Shown here one piece after another: positions 1-12,458 of a DNA stretch of 64,000 bases. The stretch is taken from positions 69,662,014-69,726,013 of the forward strand of contig NC_068989.1 of the NCBI RefSeq assembly GCF_001194135.2, read 5' to 3'. Source of the stretch: Octopus bimaculoides (Eukaryota). Positions within the stretch are counted from its first letter, which is position 1, and the number at the start of each line of letters is the position of its first letter. A program made the translations under genes and the position numbers. The notes below the pieces were generated by a model that was not told the DNA's origin, did no database searches, and saw only the letters and a list, made by a program, of their open reading frames with translations.

Positions 1-1159
1 GTACAATCATTTGTTGCTTTTATTTCCATTTAATTGAAAGTATTTGTCTTTATTTTCGAACGATCGTATTTACTGTTGTATAACAAGATAATTTCATGTT
101 ATGAATGCATTTTGATGAGATTATTTCATATTTACGAAGAGTTTTTAGTTGACTTTTAGACTTTTGCACCACTGGGCCTCAATTTTTTTTCTTTCTTATT
201 GGCAATATAAAGTTACTGCTTCGCTATTTATTGACATATTTTTCAAAATTCATTCTTTTAAACTTTGGAAATTCAAGTACTAATTCAAAAAAGATTTTCG
301 CGTGAGTCCTTAAAGTACATAATGTTGTAAATAAAGAAATCTTTAAAAAAAATATGTAGTTTAAATAACAGTTTAGGGTGCGGACAAAAAACACTGACAC
401 CGCCAAAAGTCAGTCATATCACCCCTCCTGATAAAGTATTTTAAATTTTAATCGATTATTTGTTTTAATAATTATTGCAATTTTGCTTGTGTAAAGTTTC
501 CCGGTTCTTCTTTTACAAGTTTTCCTTTGATCACGGCCTGACACTTGTAGGTTTCCTTACACTAAAACTAATATTGGAAGGGCTGTGCTATGAACCTCTT
601 AACATGATTTTACACTTAGACATCGCCCATCCGGTTATTTTTCTTTTTGACGAATTCCTTTTAACCAGAAAGACGGTGACGCTGAATATTTTATACCATC
701 AAAATATAATATCAATTGTTATGGAATGTACTTGTAATTTGTTTCGGTATCGAAGCTATAAAACCCTGTAAGGGTTACAAAATTAAGATGTCACGTATTT
801 CTTCTCTACAGTATATTTCTACGATTTAAAGAAATTTTCCAGTCATTTAATTCTGTTTGATACTGGATCCATTTGGTTTTATAACCGCAAAATCCGAGGG
901 ACAAAGCCCAGAAAGAATAATAGGGAGAAGTGAACTGGAAAAATCCAAAACCAAATGTGGAAAAATTCATGAACCTAGTAGTGGGAAAGGAGGTAATGGC
1001 TAGTTTGACCGATTCCTTTTCATGTAGCCGAGTAGAAAAGTGATCAATTCCATCCTCACCGTCAAAGTTACACATTGAAATCCTAAAAATCTGAAACTCT
1101 TTCATCACTCCTATATGGAGACGGTGTTCGCATCACATTGTTATGCAACAGACAATACC

Positions 1160-1272
1160 TGTTTCCATTCTGAGTTCGAATCAGGCTGAGATCAACTTTC
1201 ATTTCATCCCTCCGGTTGATAAGACAAAGTAGCTGTAAAGTGCCGAGGTCTATGGCATCGACTAACCCCATT
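1160..1272 (+). mobile_element. Diverged tRNA-derived SINE, family A, partial (further fragments at about 1370-1412 and 1505-1600)
   Basis: TTCTGAGTTCGAATC B-box-like motif followed by sequence alignable to the intact copies at 24044 and 28341. Confidence 0.7.
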
Positions 1273-1858
1273 CCCTCAAAAATTACTAGCTTTGTGCCTC
1301 AATTAGACTATTATTATATAGGTAGGTGGATGTGGATTGACAGAATCATAAGAAAGTCATTCCCTCCGACTCTTTACGTTCTGAATTCATATTCCTTTCA
1401 GGGTCGATAAAATATAGTGTTAGTGAAGTACCGCGGTTGATTACATTGATGGACCCCCATCCACTCACAATTGCTGGCTTTGTGCTGAAATTAAAAATTG
1501 TTATACAGAGTAGTGAGTTTGCAGAATTGCTAGGGAATCTTACAGTATTTCTTTACGTTCTGAGTTCAAGTACTGCGGACGGTGGCATCAACTTTCCTCG
1601 TGGTTGTTGGTCTTGCGCCTAAAATTAAAGCAGTTTAATTGTGATTGTGAAACATTGTCGTTTAGGCTGTTAAAAAGACAGTTATTACAAAATTGGTCAT
1701 TTGAAATTATTATCTCTGCAGATCGTTGTTACCTTTGGAGTGACATTTGTTTTGTTGGAAAAATATGTACACAGATTATTATGGCTTTTTGTGTTGATTG
1801 TATGTAATATGGTTAAAGTTCTGGTTTTTGTTGATATTGCTATATTATTTAAGGTTGC

Positions 1859-1966
1859 TGTAAATTTTCAGATTAACACCCGCACGATTTTCACTAGGGT
1901 GTTAGGGTTAAGGACGGAATTCCCACCCTAGTGAAAATCGTGCGGGTGTTAATCTGAAAATTTACC
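1859..1966. mobile_element. 108-bp hairpin MITE, Merlin-like
   Basis: Perfect 42-bp inverted repeat (1860-1901 and 1924-1965), 22-nt spacer, and exact 8-bp direct repeat AAGGTTGC at 1851-1858 and 1967-1974. The right end reads GGTAAATT on the minus strand. Confidence 0.85.
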
Positions 1967-2341
1967 AAGGTTGCCACTTAAAATTTAATCCTGCATTCAA
2001 TGAATCTAAATTACATATATAAATGATATTAATAAGTTCTGAGTTAGCAAAAATCATTGTCTAAGCGAAGGCTAAAATGCCTTGCTTTATTTAGTCATGA
2101 CTATACGTACGTTGTGTTGCAATCACACTAAAGTGAAATTAGTTGATAAATTAAAGTACAAATAAAGTAGTGTGATCTGACCACAGAATTACAGTAAATT
2201 TACAATATATAAGCAGATAAAAATCGAGAATAAAACATTTATGGTCATGGGTCCGGGACAAAGGAGAAAACTGCTATCAGGTTAAACCTGATCTAGGTCT
2301 AAACATTGACATGTGAATAGAAGATTAAAGTATTTTATTGA

Positions 2342-2351
2342 ATGAGGGCAG
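2342..2351 (+). other. Candidate first-exon end (ATG AGG GCA G|gtaaat)
   Basis: CAG|GTAAAT donor-like site inside the CpG-rich zone. No expression evidence. Confidence 0.2.
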
Positions 2352-3616
2352 GTAAATGTAATGTCGTACATAGTTAAGAATATTTTTATTATAATTTAAA
2401 TCAATCTCCAGATGCGTCGGATTTGTAAAAAATAATAATGCGGTTCTTAATGCTTTAAATGTTATACTCAGCCTTAGGTTTCCCAAGTCGCTTATTACAC
2501 GAAAGTACATGTGAGGGACTGTTCATTTCGAAGTATGCCATCTTTGAGGCCGAAATATACGTACTCCACCTGTCAATAGTAATAATAATCACGTATAGTT
2601 TAGCTTAATTTGTTCGAAATGAATTATATCCGGCTTACTTTTTATATTGCTGGTCTGATTTGTTTATTGTTCAGTGGGAAGTTCAAATATCTACCTTGGA
2701 GGCTGATCACTGTGTTGGACAATTTTTTTCAATTTTAACTGTGACGATGATAATTGATGGGACATTGAATACACATTTTTGTTATAGAAAAATAAAAGGA
2801 AAAAAAAAACTTTAAAACATATTCTCGATATAATTCGATCTGCGTATTTTAATTTTCGGTGTGTTGATTAGCTTTAGGCTCAAGTCATCCCTAATCAATG
2901 AAGTTGATTTTAGCACCAGATCAGCCCGAACTGAAAAGACCGGTGTTCAGCGGTACTCCAACCATCATCATCCGTTCTTTCTTTTGGTTTCAATTATTTC
3001 ATTTAGCCTATGTATCCGTCCTTTTGAGGGGGAATCTCTGTTGTTTCCAGCAGGTCTAGCGATCACGTAGAAGCTGTTTCGTGGCCTCGCAAATTCAAGG
3101 TCAATGAAGTGGCAGAAACAATAAAGAAAACCAAGGCTATTTATTTTTCTCGTTATTTTGAATTCAAATTAATTTCAGGGCTGATAAATTTGTATCAGAT
3201 ATTCACTTTGATCGATTCAACCGACCATTTCCTTTCATCGAGTACATTGGGCCTTCGTCCCTACTTAAAAGAAACTAAAGTATTTGGAATCGAGACAGCG
3301 ACCTTGTTTTATTAGTAGCATGTTTTTTTCTTCTTTACACTACTAATCCCCACAGAATTACGTATGGACATCATAACGTTCTATTTTTTTGTCATCTGTT
3401 CGCTTAAATTTGTGTCTTGTCTAATCAAAAATAAGCTTATTAGCTGGTGTTAAGATCATCAGTTACATGCAATCTTAAAAAAAGGAAAAAAATCTTTCGC
3501 ACCTGCCAAACAAATATCTTTTTATTGGTCTCCACCACAAATACATTTGCGATTTTTATGCTTAAATAATAAACTTTTTTTCTTTGCAATCAATAATGGT
3601 TTCAAATTTTGGTAGA

Positions 3617-3920
3617 AGGTCAGCAATTTTAGGGAAGGGAGTAAGCTGATCACATCCACTTTAATGTTCAATTGGTACTTTATTTTATCGACCTCGAAAA
3701 GGTGAAAGGCAAAGTCGACTTAGGCGGAATTTGAACTCAGAACATAAAAAGCCAGAATACCGCTAAGCTTTCATTTCTGCAACTAATAATAACTGAAATT
3801 TTGGTGGGATGGGATGAGTCGATTACATAAACTGGTACTTATTTCATCGACCCCGGAAAGGAAGAAAGGCACAGTAGACTTTGAAGGTATTTGAATTCAG
3901 AATGTAAAGTGCCAGAATTT
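3617..3920 (-). mobile_element. Two adjacent SINE family A copies
   Basis: Both contain the ...ctggtacttatt..atcgacc..gaaagg..gaaaggca.agt.gact...gaatttgaa.tcagaa core. Confidence 0.85.
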
Positions 3921-3953
3921 GTCCTTTACGAGAGTCACATTAAAAACAAACCC

Positions 3954-3992
<39 letters not shown>

Positions 3993-4531
3993 AATAATAA
4001 TTGTTTCTTCACAAGGCTGTGTTTATAAAGTATTTTTTTCCCCGGAAATACATGTGACTATGAGCTAAGGCATTTCAACTAGAATTGAAACTGATTACTA
4101 CTACTTGCAGTGTTATCACGACTACTACTAGTAGTAGTAGTTGTAGTCGTCATTGTGATTTCAATACAACACCAACCACAATCAACTCAGGTGCCCTCGA
4201 GGCTGAGAGAACACATGTGTGCTGATCAAAATATGATACAAATCTCCGTATGTTGATGTCGACGTTTCGTTGATTTAATTTCATGCCTTCTAAAATTGAA
4301 TTATTTTTAAGCCCATCGTATTATTATTACTACATTTTTATCAAACTTTGTATCTATTTTAATTTAACTATTATGAAAGCTTTTGTAACTTCCTTCTAAA
4401 ATTTATTTACCTTTGGCATTAACATCTTCAGATGATCTTTTTCTTTATGTTCCCAGGGTATTTTGCGTAGCAATCGCTGCACGTTTTTCTTTTCTGTAGT
4501 GATGTCATTTATGGAACTGAGGCAAGATATT

Positions 4532-4563
<32 letters not shown>

Positions 4564-4841
4564 NNNNNNNNNNNNNNNNNNNNNNNNNNNNNNNNNNNNN
4601 NNNNNNNNNNNNNNNNNNNNNNNNNNNNNNNNNNNNNNNNNNNNNNNNNNNNNNNNNNNNNNNNNNNNNNNNNNNNNNNNNNNNNNNNNNNNNNNNNNNN
4701 NNNNNNNNNNNNNNNNNNNNNNNNNNNNNNNNNNNNNNNNNNNNNNNNNNNNNNNNNNNNNNNNNNNNNNNNNNNNNNNNNNNNNNNNNNNNNNNNNNNN
4801 NNNNNNNNNNNNNNNNNNNNNNNNNNNNNNNNNNNNNNNNN
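4564..4841. other. Assembly gap next to a (TA)n tract
   Basis: N run. Other gaps: 6302-6311, 22396-23079, 43568-43668, 58043-58142, 59167-59458, 60892-60901. Confidence 1.
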
Positions 4842-6099
4842 TATTTTGAAAATATATTTCTCCTCCTCGTGAATTTATATTATTTTGAATAATTTCAAGA
4901 AAGAGAAAGAAAAAAAGTTTCATAAACGTATCAATGTTGACTTTTCTTTCACCCATTAGTTTTTTTTTTTTTTGATTCATTTTTTTCTTTGTATTGTGTA
5001 TTCTAATGTTAACAAGAATATAATTTGTTTTCTTGTTTGAAATGCACCGTTGCTTAACGTAATAAACCTTTTCTATCCTTCATTGCTTATTATTTAGTTT
5101 CAAAACTTGTCTATTCAGGCAATGTTTGGCTAAAAAAAAAAAAGCGTTGTAGTGGAACTTTCTGTAGATTTGGTTCACTAATTGGTATTCAGAATCAAAG
5201 ATCATTTCTTCACGAAACTGTTGAATAGAATAATATAGATATTCGAACAACCCAGTCTGGCATTCTAGACTATATTGATTAATGAATATGTTTCTAATGA
5301 TTAATATTTCTATAACGATCAACAAACAAAAGGGTCTTGTGCGAGCCTAGCACTTGTATATTAAACGGTTATAGTTTTGATCTTGTGAATATAAGACTGC
5401 ATTAAATATTCTCACAAGTGGCTGTTCGAGGACGTTGTAAAGGAGTTACACACACGCGCACACATAATATATAAAGTGAAGGGTCTTCTTTTTTTTTTTT
5501 TCTTTTGATGTCACAGTGTATAATTCCGCCTCAAGCAAGTTTTCTCTCCTTCAGCTATTCATTATATTAATTGATCATGCTGTCCCTTTTTATTATTATA
5601 TCACTACATTACCATAAGGCGTATCAATTTGTAGATCGTTAACAATATTTCTTCCAATAGTCTGCAGGATAACGATAAGAATTCAACATCCATGTTAAGT
5701 CTATTTCTAGTAAATCTCATCCCAAGAGTATATGCTCTGTTCGTAAATATTGATTTTCTCCATATATTTTTAGGACTTGCCTTTTTTGTGCCTATGGCTT
5801 CATAACAACGTTTGAGCATGTGACTCAACAAGCTGATATAATGGGTGCTTCCATCTCTCGTTAGTTTAGCATTTCTGATGATTTTATTATATTAATTCCT
5901 AACGGATTAGCTAATCTATTTAGATACAGAAGGAAATGCTCTGTTAACTATAGTAATTTCTTTTCGAACATCTTAAGTCCGTCATTTTCATTACCCATGT
6001 TCACAATGTCAAAGTGTTATTTATTTATTTTTGTTTTTGTTTGTGCTTTCAATGGTTTGGCGTGGATTTTGACCGTGTTATAATGCTCCTCTTCATCAG

Positions 6100-6188
6100 C
6101 TGCAGGTTGACGCCTGTAGAGAGGAAATTACAAAGCGATTACATTCCGAGATTCTGAGGAGGAAAGGGACAAATAGAGGAAGAACTGG
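6100..6188 (+). other. Candidate exon (possibly 5' UTR or first exon). Open frame LQVDACREEITKRLHSEILRRKGTNRGRT
   Basis: ctcctcttcatcAG acceptor and TGG|GTAAAG donor, at the edge of the CpG-rich zone. No in-frame ATG. Confidence 0.25.
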
Positions 6189-6461
6189 GTAAAGTGGTGT
6201 GAGATTGGGAGATATAAGGACTAGCTTTATGGTGCTTTGTTTTTAAGTAATTGAACATCATCAGGACTTGTGGCCTTGTTGGCTGGAAGTGACAGGCGGT
6301 GNNNNNNNNNNTGACAGGCGGTGTGTGTGGGGGGGGGTGTCTTGATATGAGTAGTGCTTTATTTCATTTATTTAAAAATTTTTTTATTTTTTATGGTGCT
6401 ATCTTTAAAACTATTCCATTTGCATTGACCAATATAGGTGAATAACTATAACAGTCGATGT

Positions 6462-6645
6462 TTAACCCTTTTGTTGCAATATTTCTGTGGAAACAGCACT
6501 GCCTTTGATGCAATTCATTTTGAAAATAATGAAGTATTTAGCAAAATAAATCTAATATTGTTAAGCCGGTGTTTTGGAATGTACATTTGACATGATTTTG
6601 TCAGAAAAGGGACAATCTTAGATAGGTTGGTATAAAAAATGTTAA
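6462..6645. mobile_element. piggyBac-like MITE, family D
   Basis: TTAA-CCCTTTTG start, TTAA end, and internal sequence shared with the copies at 18016, 27527, 34732, 49715 and 55770. Confidence 0.7.
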
Positions 6646-6779
6646 CGCTTAAAGCATTGTGAACATTGTATTTTCATTGCTGTTTTTAATATTTTCTATT
6701 TACCAGTCGCATGGAAGAGAGCGGGAAAACAATGTACTCTTATTCTGTGATCCTATTTAGTAATGGTTGAACATCTAGT

Positions 6780-7143
6780 TCTTTCTTTTATCTTTTACAT
6801 GTTTCAATCGTTAGACTACAGCCATGCTGGGGTGCTGCCTTGAAGAGATTTTAGTCGAATATACATTTTTTTAAAGCCTGGTACTTATTCAAAGTAATAG
6901 ATTTTGCTGAATAGCTAAGTTATGGAGATGTAAACACATCAGCACCAGTTGTCAAGTGGTGGTGGCAGGGAACAAACACACAACAGGCTTCTTTCAGTTT
7001 CTATCTACCAAATCCACTCACAAGGCTTTGGTTGGCCTGAGGCTATAGTAGATGATATTTGCCCAAGGTGCCATACTGTGGGACTGAACCAGAAACCATG
7101 TGTTTGGGAAGCAAGCTTCTTACCACACAGCCATGCCGGCACC
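6780..7143 (-). mobile_element. SINE family B (B1 tail)
   Basis: Reverse complement aligns to the near-intact copy at 60627-61154. Confidence 0.85.
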
Positions 7144-7509
7144 TATATATACACACATATTAGTATTTATATAAACTTTTGACTGTCTTTGAAATCACTT
7201 GACATAAAAAAAAAAATGCATTGACTGGAATGTTAGTAGTAGGAATTACCAAATGTAGAATCAGACCTAAGAAGATTTAAAATAAAGTAATTACATCAAA
7301 TCTTATTTACCTCACAGAGATTACACAGGATTGTGACATGGAAGGATATTCAGTATTGTAGCCCATGTTGTTATGGAAAAATAGATGTTAAAACAATGAC
7401 AATAACTTCAAGACTTTTTAAATGATATATTTCTGCATAATAAGAAATTTTAAAGTTAGTTTCTCCTTTCTATTACCTGTTGTAAGATTTTACAAATTTC
7501 AGCTGATCA

Positions 7510-7513
<4 letters not shown>

Positions 7514-7553
<40 letters not shown>

Positions 7554-7591
7554 GCATCAGCATCATCAGCAGCAGCAGCAGCAGCAGCAGC
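7514..7591. repeat. Compound (CAT)n-(CAG)n microsatellite
   Basis: Direct reading. Confidence 0.95.
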
Positions 7592-7646
7592 AAATGTCTG
7601 TTTCCCATACTGGCATTGCCGCAGTAAGAAGCAGCACATCAAAGTA

Positions 7647-7915
7647 TATGATGTCTGATCAGAAAGTATAGGGACTGATAGTATAAAAGTGGAAACTACA
7701 ACACCTATCAGTTCAGCATTTAATCTCCTTCTGAAGCCACACACTTTATTCATAGTCATTTCCATTGACGGAAGCATTTCTGGAATTTTTTGGAGGATAG
7801 TGAGTAGCTGCCTACTTGCATTCTCTTGGATTTCCTCAAGGTTTTGAAATCTTGTTCCTTTCAAGTAGGATTTTATTTTTGAAAAGATTCCGGGCTGTAA
7901 TAACCTTCAAGACAT
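7647..7915 (-). pseudogene. Mariner transposase C-terminal fossil with 3' TIR
   Basis: Minus strand reads LKGTRFQNLEEIQENASRQLLTI, then after a frameshift KFQKCFRQWK*L*IKCVASEGD. TIR-like TA-TGATGTCTGATCAGAAAGTAT at 7647. Confidence 0.8.
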
Positions 7916-10218
7916 GACTATATGCATGTGTGCACGTGCACACACACACATTTTCCTTTGCCATGGTCACTGTTGGAACCTCTGGTATGGTTAGACAGCA
8001 ATGCTCTACACACTTCCAAGCATTGCTATAAGCAATGGAAATGAACAAGGATGTTATAACTTAGTGTGCATGTGCAACAGATTTCAAGGTAAAACTCTGT
8101 CAAGCAGCTTCACTCTGCATACTTTAGCTCTGTTACTATAGAAACAGTCCTAAGCATATTCAATACAGCATGTTCAACAGGTTTCCATCTACTTGATTTC
8201 AGTCACAAGGTTATGATGAAAGATACTTTCTCTGGGTACCTTATATCAGAATTGAACCTAGAAAAATATTATTGTAACATAAACTTAACATATGTTCATG
8301 TTAATGATTGGGTCGTGTGACATAAGATTCTCTATGCAAATGTTTTGTTTCATAAATTAATTCCTCTTAGGAGATTTATAAGTAATTCATATTCTTGTAT
8401 TCGATCTTTAGAGCAAGTAATATCAACCTACATGGTACTTGAAAATAAATGCAAAAAAAAAAAAAATTGTAGAAATATATATGGGAGGAATAGTTTTGCA
8501 AACATTACATTTCATTATTTGGCATATCATTAAATTTGTATTTTAGATTTATAACCAATACTGACCAATATTTTTTTGTCTTTGTTATTACCAGTTTAGC
8601 AATAATTTATTATCACATTTAAATATTTTCTTTTATTGTAAATTATTCACAGTAAACATTTTTTGAATAATGTGTTCTTTGGATGATAATATATTCAATG
8701 CAACATTGAATATATTATACAATGTTGTGTTGAGTATCATTCAAAATGCCACTTGCTGATACTGCAGTTTTCTTCCTTCTTCCATTTTTTTTCCATTTAC
8801 TTTATTCCTATTAAAATCCATTAGGATACAGATTATAACTAGGGGTGCATATGTACTCATGTAAGCACATGTTCTTTTTTGCACTGGAATGTATCTTTTG
8901 TAAGTTATTCTCATGAAATACGACTCTATAAATCAGGTTGATGTAATCATCTTTGTATTCAAGTAGAGCCCCAACATGGCCACAGCAGTGATAGAAACCA
9001 GCAAAAGGATAATATACTTTGCCATATTCTACTGATAATTTACTATATAGGACATCATGCTTCTCTGCTGGCATCTAGTGGGACAGCTTGACTGTCTGGT
9101 GAATCAGAAGATTGCTACTTGTACCAATATCTTATTCTTTGGCATAATTTCTATGGCTGGATGCACTTCCTAACATCAATCACTCTACAGAATGTACCTG
9201 TGCTTTTTTTTCTATGGCACAAGCACTAATGTTAATTGCCTTGTAACTTTACAAGGCAAAAATCCTAAAGTGGCCCCTGGAAACCTTATTAAAAATTGAG
9301 AAATAAGGATTGGTAAAACCATTCCATGCTTTGCTTATCTAAAAACATTGGATTGGTTATGATAGTAAATGCTCCAGTTTTATGTGTGTGGGAGGTCTAT
9401 TTTAATTTTCCTTCGCTTTGAGTCTTGAAAATAGTATTCATTGATTAGTTCATATCAGTTTTTAAATTTTGTCTCATTACTTTATTGCTTATATATATTG
9501 ATATGTTGACTATGTTGCCTATTGTTTCCATCTTTCAAGTGTTACACACATACACACACATATATATCCTGAGAGAAAGATGTTAAATGTTCTATCAAAA
9601 AATAGGCATTTTATATGAATGAATATAATAGTTTTATTCAATCTTTATACATTTTTTCTTTCTAAATTTCATTTGAAAAGAGATTTAGTTATAGATGTTT
9701 ATCTTTTTTTTTCCCCCCTTTTACTCTTTTCTGTCTTTGTACTAATGTTATCTATTCATGATCTGTTGACTGATTCTATTTATAACTGCGAATACAATCA
9801 GTTTGATACTGAAATTCTTCACAAGTACTTATTGTTAAAATTTTTATAATAGCTACGCAGTTTTCCATTTATTTTATACATATTGAATTATACATACACT
9901 TAATTCTTTCCATCAACTAAATTTTCTACAAATCCCATAATTTCTTAATTTCCATTGCTTCTTTCTTTCTTTTTCTTTCTTTCTCTTTCTCTTTCTCTAT
10001 GGTTACTGTTGAACAATATTTATCTTTAAGATTATGTCTCAATTGTAATTATAAACACCCACGTGCGTATATATGTATGTACATAAATACAGACTACAAC
10101 AGCAGAATCTCCTGTATTTTACACAGTCATTGGTGCTGTGCTAGTTGAGTTAGGCTGGTACTAATAGTGTCTTCATATAGCTGGTATTTTACCTTTTAAT
10201 AATTTTTCTTTTCTTCAG

Positions 10219-10310
10219 TTACCCCCATGGTCTGAATCGATGCACACCATGAATTTCCTGTTGACTTGTTTATCAAGAATAATGAATCTAGGAGGTTTTT
10301 TGCTGTTCTG
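10219..10310 (+). other. Candidate exon (strong acceptor, uncertain donor)
   Basis: tttttcttttcttcAG acceptor and CTG|GTGTGT donor. One frame is open for IDAHHEFPVDLFIKNNESRRFFAVL after a TGA at 10233-10235. No homology recognised. Confidence 0.25.
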
Positions 10311-11067
10311 GTGTGTGTTATATGACCAGCATCTACATTATATATTGGTAGCTGACACTGTTATGTCAACAAATTGAGATTACCTACAGCAGATGAATCA
10401 ATGTTTCCAAAGACTTGCAAAATCATTAATTCTATGTGCAATATTCTGTATATGGAAAAGCTCAAGTTTCTTCACTATGAAATCCTCATGAAATCCACAT
10501 TACTTTCTGCATATAGATTTATTGTTGTTAGAATATTCAAGTTAAGCATTTAATCACTTAATTTAATGGCTCTTGTCTTCCCACTGGCTGAATATGGATT
10601 GATTTACACATTCTATCCATATATTGCTTTAAGAAATTTACTTTCCTAATTTCCAGTGAACTTTGCTATTTGGTAAAGAATGTGTAAATGTTATACTTGC
10701 ATATGGCTGTTAGAAGCTTTGAAACTAATATTAATAAGCAATATGTCTTTGAAGAATGATAATTCAGCTAAAGTTTAAAAGGTCTCGTATTTTTTACATC
10801 AAACAGGTTAACTCTACTTCATATATCAATTAATGTTTTAAAAGCAATCAATAAGTATTCTCAGTTCTTATAGTTGTCAGATAAAACTTCTACAAATCAA
10901 TGTTGTTTGTTGCGAAAAATGATCTATGTCAGATATCTTATAAAGAAGTAAAGAAATGTTACTGCCTTTAAATATATATAGTGCTTTTACTCTATCTCTT
11001 GTTTAACTCTTTTGCTTAGTCACATGCTGAAGCAAGGTTATGTTTCTGTTGATATTTATGTAACTGA

Positions 11068-11350
11068 TATTATTATTGTTATTATATTGAAAATTTTCAA
11101 ATTTTATTGTGTTTGTGTAATAAAGGACAACACATAAATCATTGAGTGTTGGAGATATTACTTTGTTCCATTCACAGAAACCTCAGTCAAGCACCATTGA
11201 ATCAACATGCGGCCTTAGATGGACGATCGTTCTGAAAATGATATTCAATACAAAGCTGTTCTTTATATCTATGTCAATTTGTCTGTCAGTTCAGAAGGTC
11301 ACTTCACAACTATATGGTTTCAGGTTCAATCCCACTGCATAGGATCTTGA
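11068..11350 (+). repeat. Local direct duplication, copy 1 (partner 13241-13525)
   Basis: Shared TTGAGTGTTGGAGATATTACTTTGTTCCATTCACAGAAACCTCAGT and flanks, about 80% identical by eye. Confidence 0.9.
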
Positions 11351-11421
11351 GCAAGTGTCTCCTTGGGCCCTAGTCTACCAAATCCGTGTGAGTGGATTTG
11401 GTAAATGGAAGCTGAAGCCTA

Positions 11422-11459
<38 letters not shown>

Positions 11460-11650
11460 GTAAACAAGTAACACTGTCAAACAAGCAGCGTCCCTTGTTT
11501 CCAGTTTTCCATGCAAACATTTCTGGTGTTGGGGAAATATTACCTTTACTTGGAAACAGGTGAGGATTTGTGACAGGAAGGGCATCCAGCCCTAGAAAAT
11601 TTCTCAAACTATGCAAGTATGGAAAAGTGGATTTTAATCTGATGATGAAA
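11290..11650 (+). mobile_element. SINE family B (B2 tail)
   Basis: tRNA-like head, (TA)n middle, GGAAGGGCATCC ... GATGATG tail. Confidence 0.8.
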
Positions 11651-12405
11651 TATAATGTATTTACACATGCATTCATGAAGGTGTGTGACCTAGTGGTTAG
11701 GGTGTTGAACTTATGTTGTGAGTTCAATTCCTGAAATGGACAATGCATTGTATCCTTGATCAAGGTACATCATTACTATTACTCTTGTCTATCCAGTTCG
11801 CCCATACACACAGACATATATATGTATGTATATGTGTATAGATGTATGTAATTACTCACACACATGTGTATGAGTGATTCTATGTATAGATCTATATATG
11901 AAAACCATGTTCTTCAGGTTAGATTCAGTCTGGTCCAAACCAGTAATTTCAATTCTATTTACATTCCTTGTTATATCAATATTAATATTTTAACTTTTTT
12001 GTTCTGCAATTAGTTTATAGCTCAATTGGTTCATCATTGAATAATGTTTAATTATATTCCAGTAGTCTTGTCTTCAAAGTTTTTCATTTTTTTTTAAATG
12101 GGTGATTAAGGAAAAAAGTTCTTGTATTTTTTTTCCTTTAATTTTGTTGAAAAGTTTTCTAACAATAATTTTTAAATACTCTACTTAACTTTCTATCTTA
12201 TGTAATAATGTATGTTTCATATCTATTAGTGATGCATTCGATTTCTATAACTAAAGTTTGTCTAACAAGCTATGTATTTGTATTGACATTTGCTAATATA
12301 TTTTTAATTTTGTACATTTTGTATTTTAACTAAAATTATATTAAAAATATAATTCTGAATTATTTTATCTTGTGCTCAATTTAAATCTTGTATTTCATTC
12401 CTCAG

Positions 12406-12458
12406 TTGACACAGCATATTAAATCACTGCAGAAAGCATCTGCTGTCAGATTTCATAA
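12406..12458 (+). other. Candidate coding exon LTQHIKSLQKASAVRFH (phase 0 to 2)
   Basis: tatttcattcctcAG acceptor, AA|GTATAT donor, open frame. No homology recognised. Confidence 0.3.

Larger units (their letters stand above)
1..6300. promoter_or_regulatory. CpG-retaining (probably unmethylated) promoter-like zone
   Basis: CG dinucleotides are common here and scarce downstream except in young repeats. SINE copies here keep CpGs that downstream copies have lost. Qualitative, by eye. Confidence 0.45.

Noticed and set aside
475-1108. ORFs 475-771 (+) and 806-1108 (-), and an apparent exon at 812-992
   Set aside because: No recognisable homology, and all three frames of the AG/GT-bounded segment contain stops.
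4255-4295. Minus-strand CGAAACGTCGAC resembling a hammerhead 3' half
   Set aside because: No CUGANGA box or stem II upstream.
5635-5960. Hydrophobic + frame resembling a GPCR N-terminus and TM helices
   Set aside because: Many stops and no family motif. AT-rich DNA translates as F/I/L/N-rich by default.
6291-6325. TGACAGGCGGTG repeated either side of a 10-N gap; the same pattern at about 60790-60992
   Set aside because: Typical unmerged contig overlap, an assembly artefact.
10230-10620. Possible L1/Tx1 endonuclease fossil on the minus strand (INLYA, GNLNL), with faint similarity to about 29900-30420
   Set aside because: Motif spacing is too long and the similarity too weak to support by eye.
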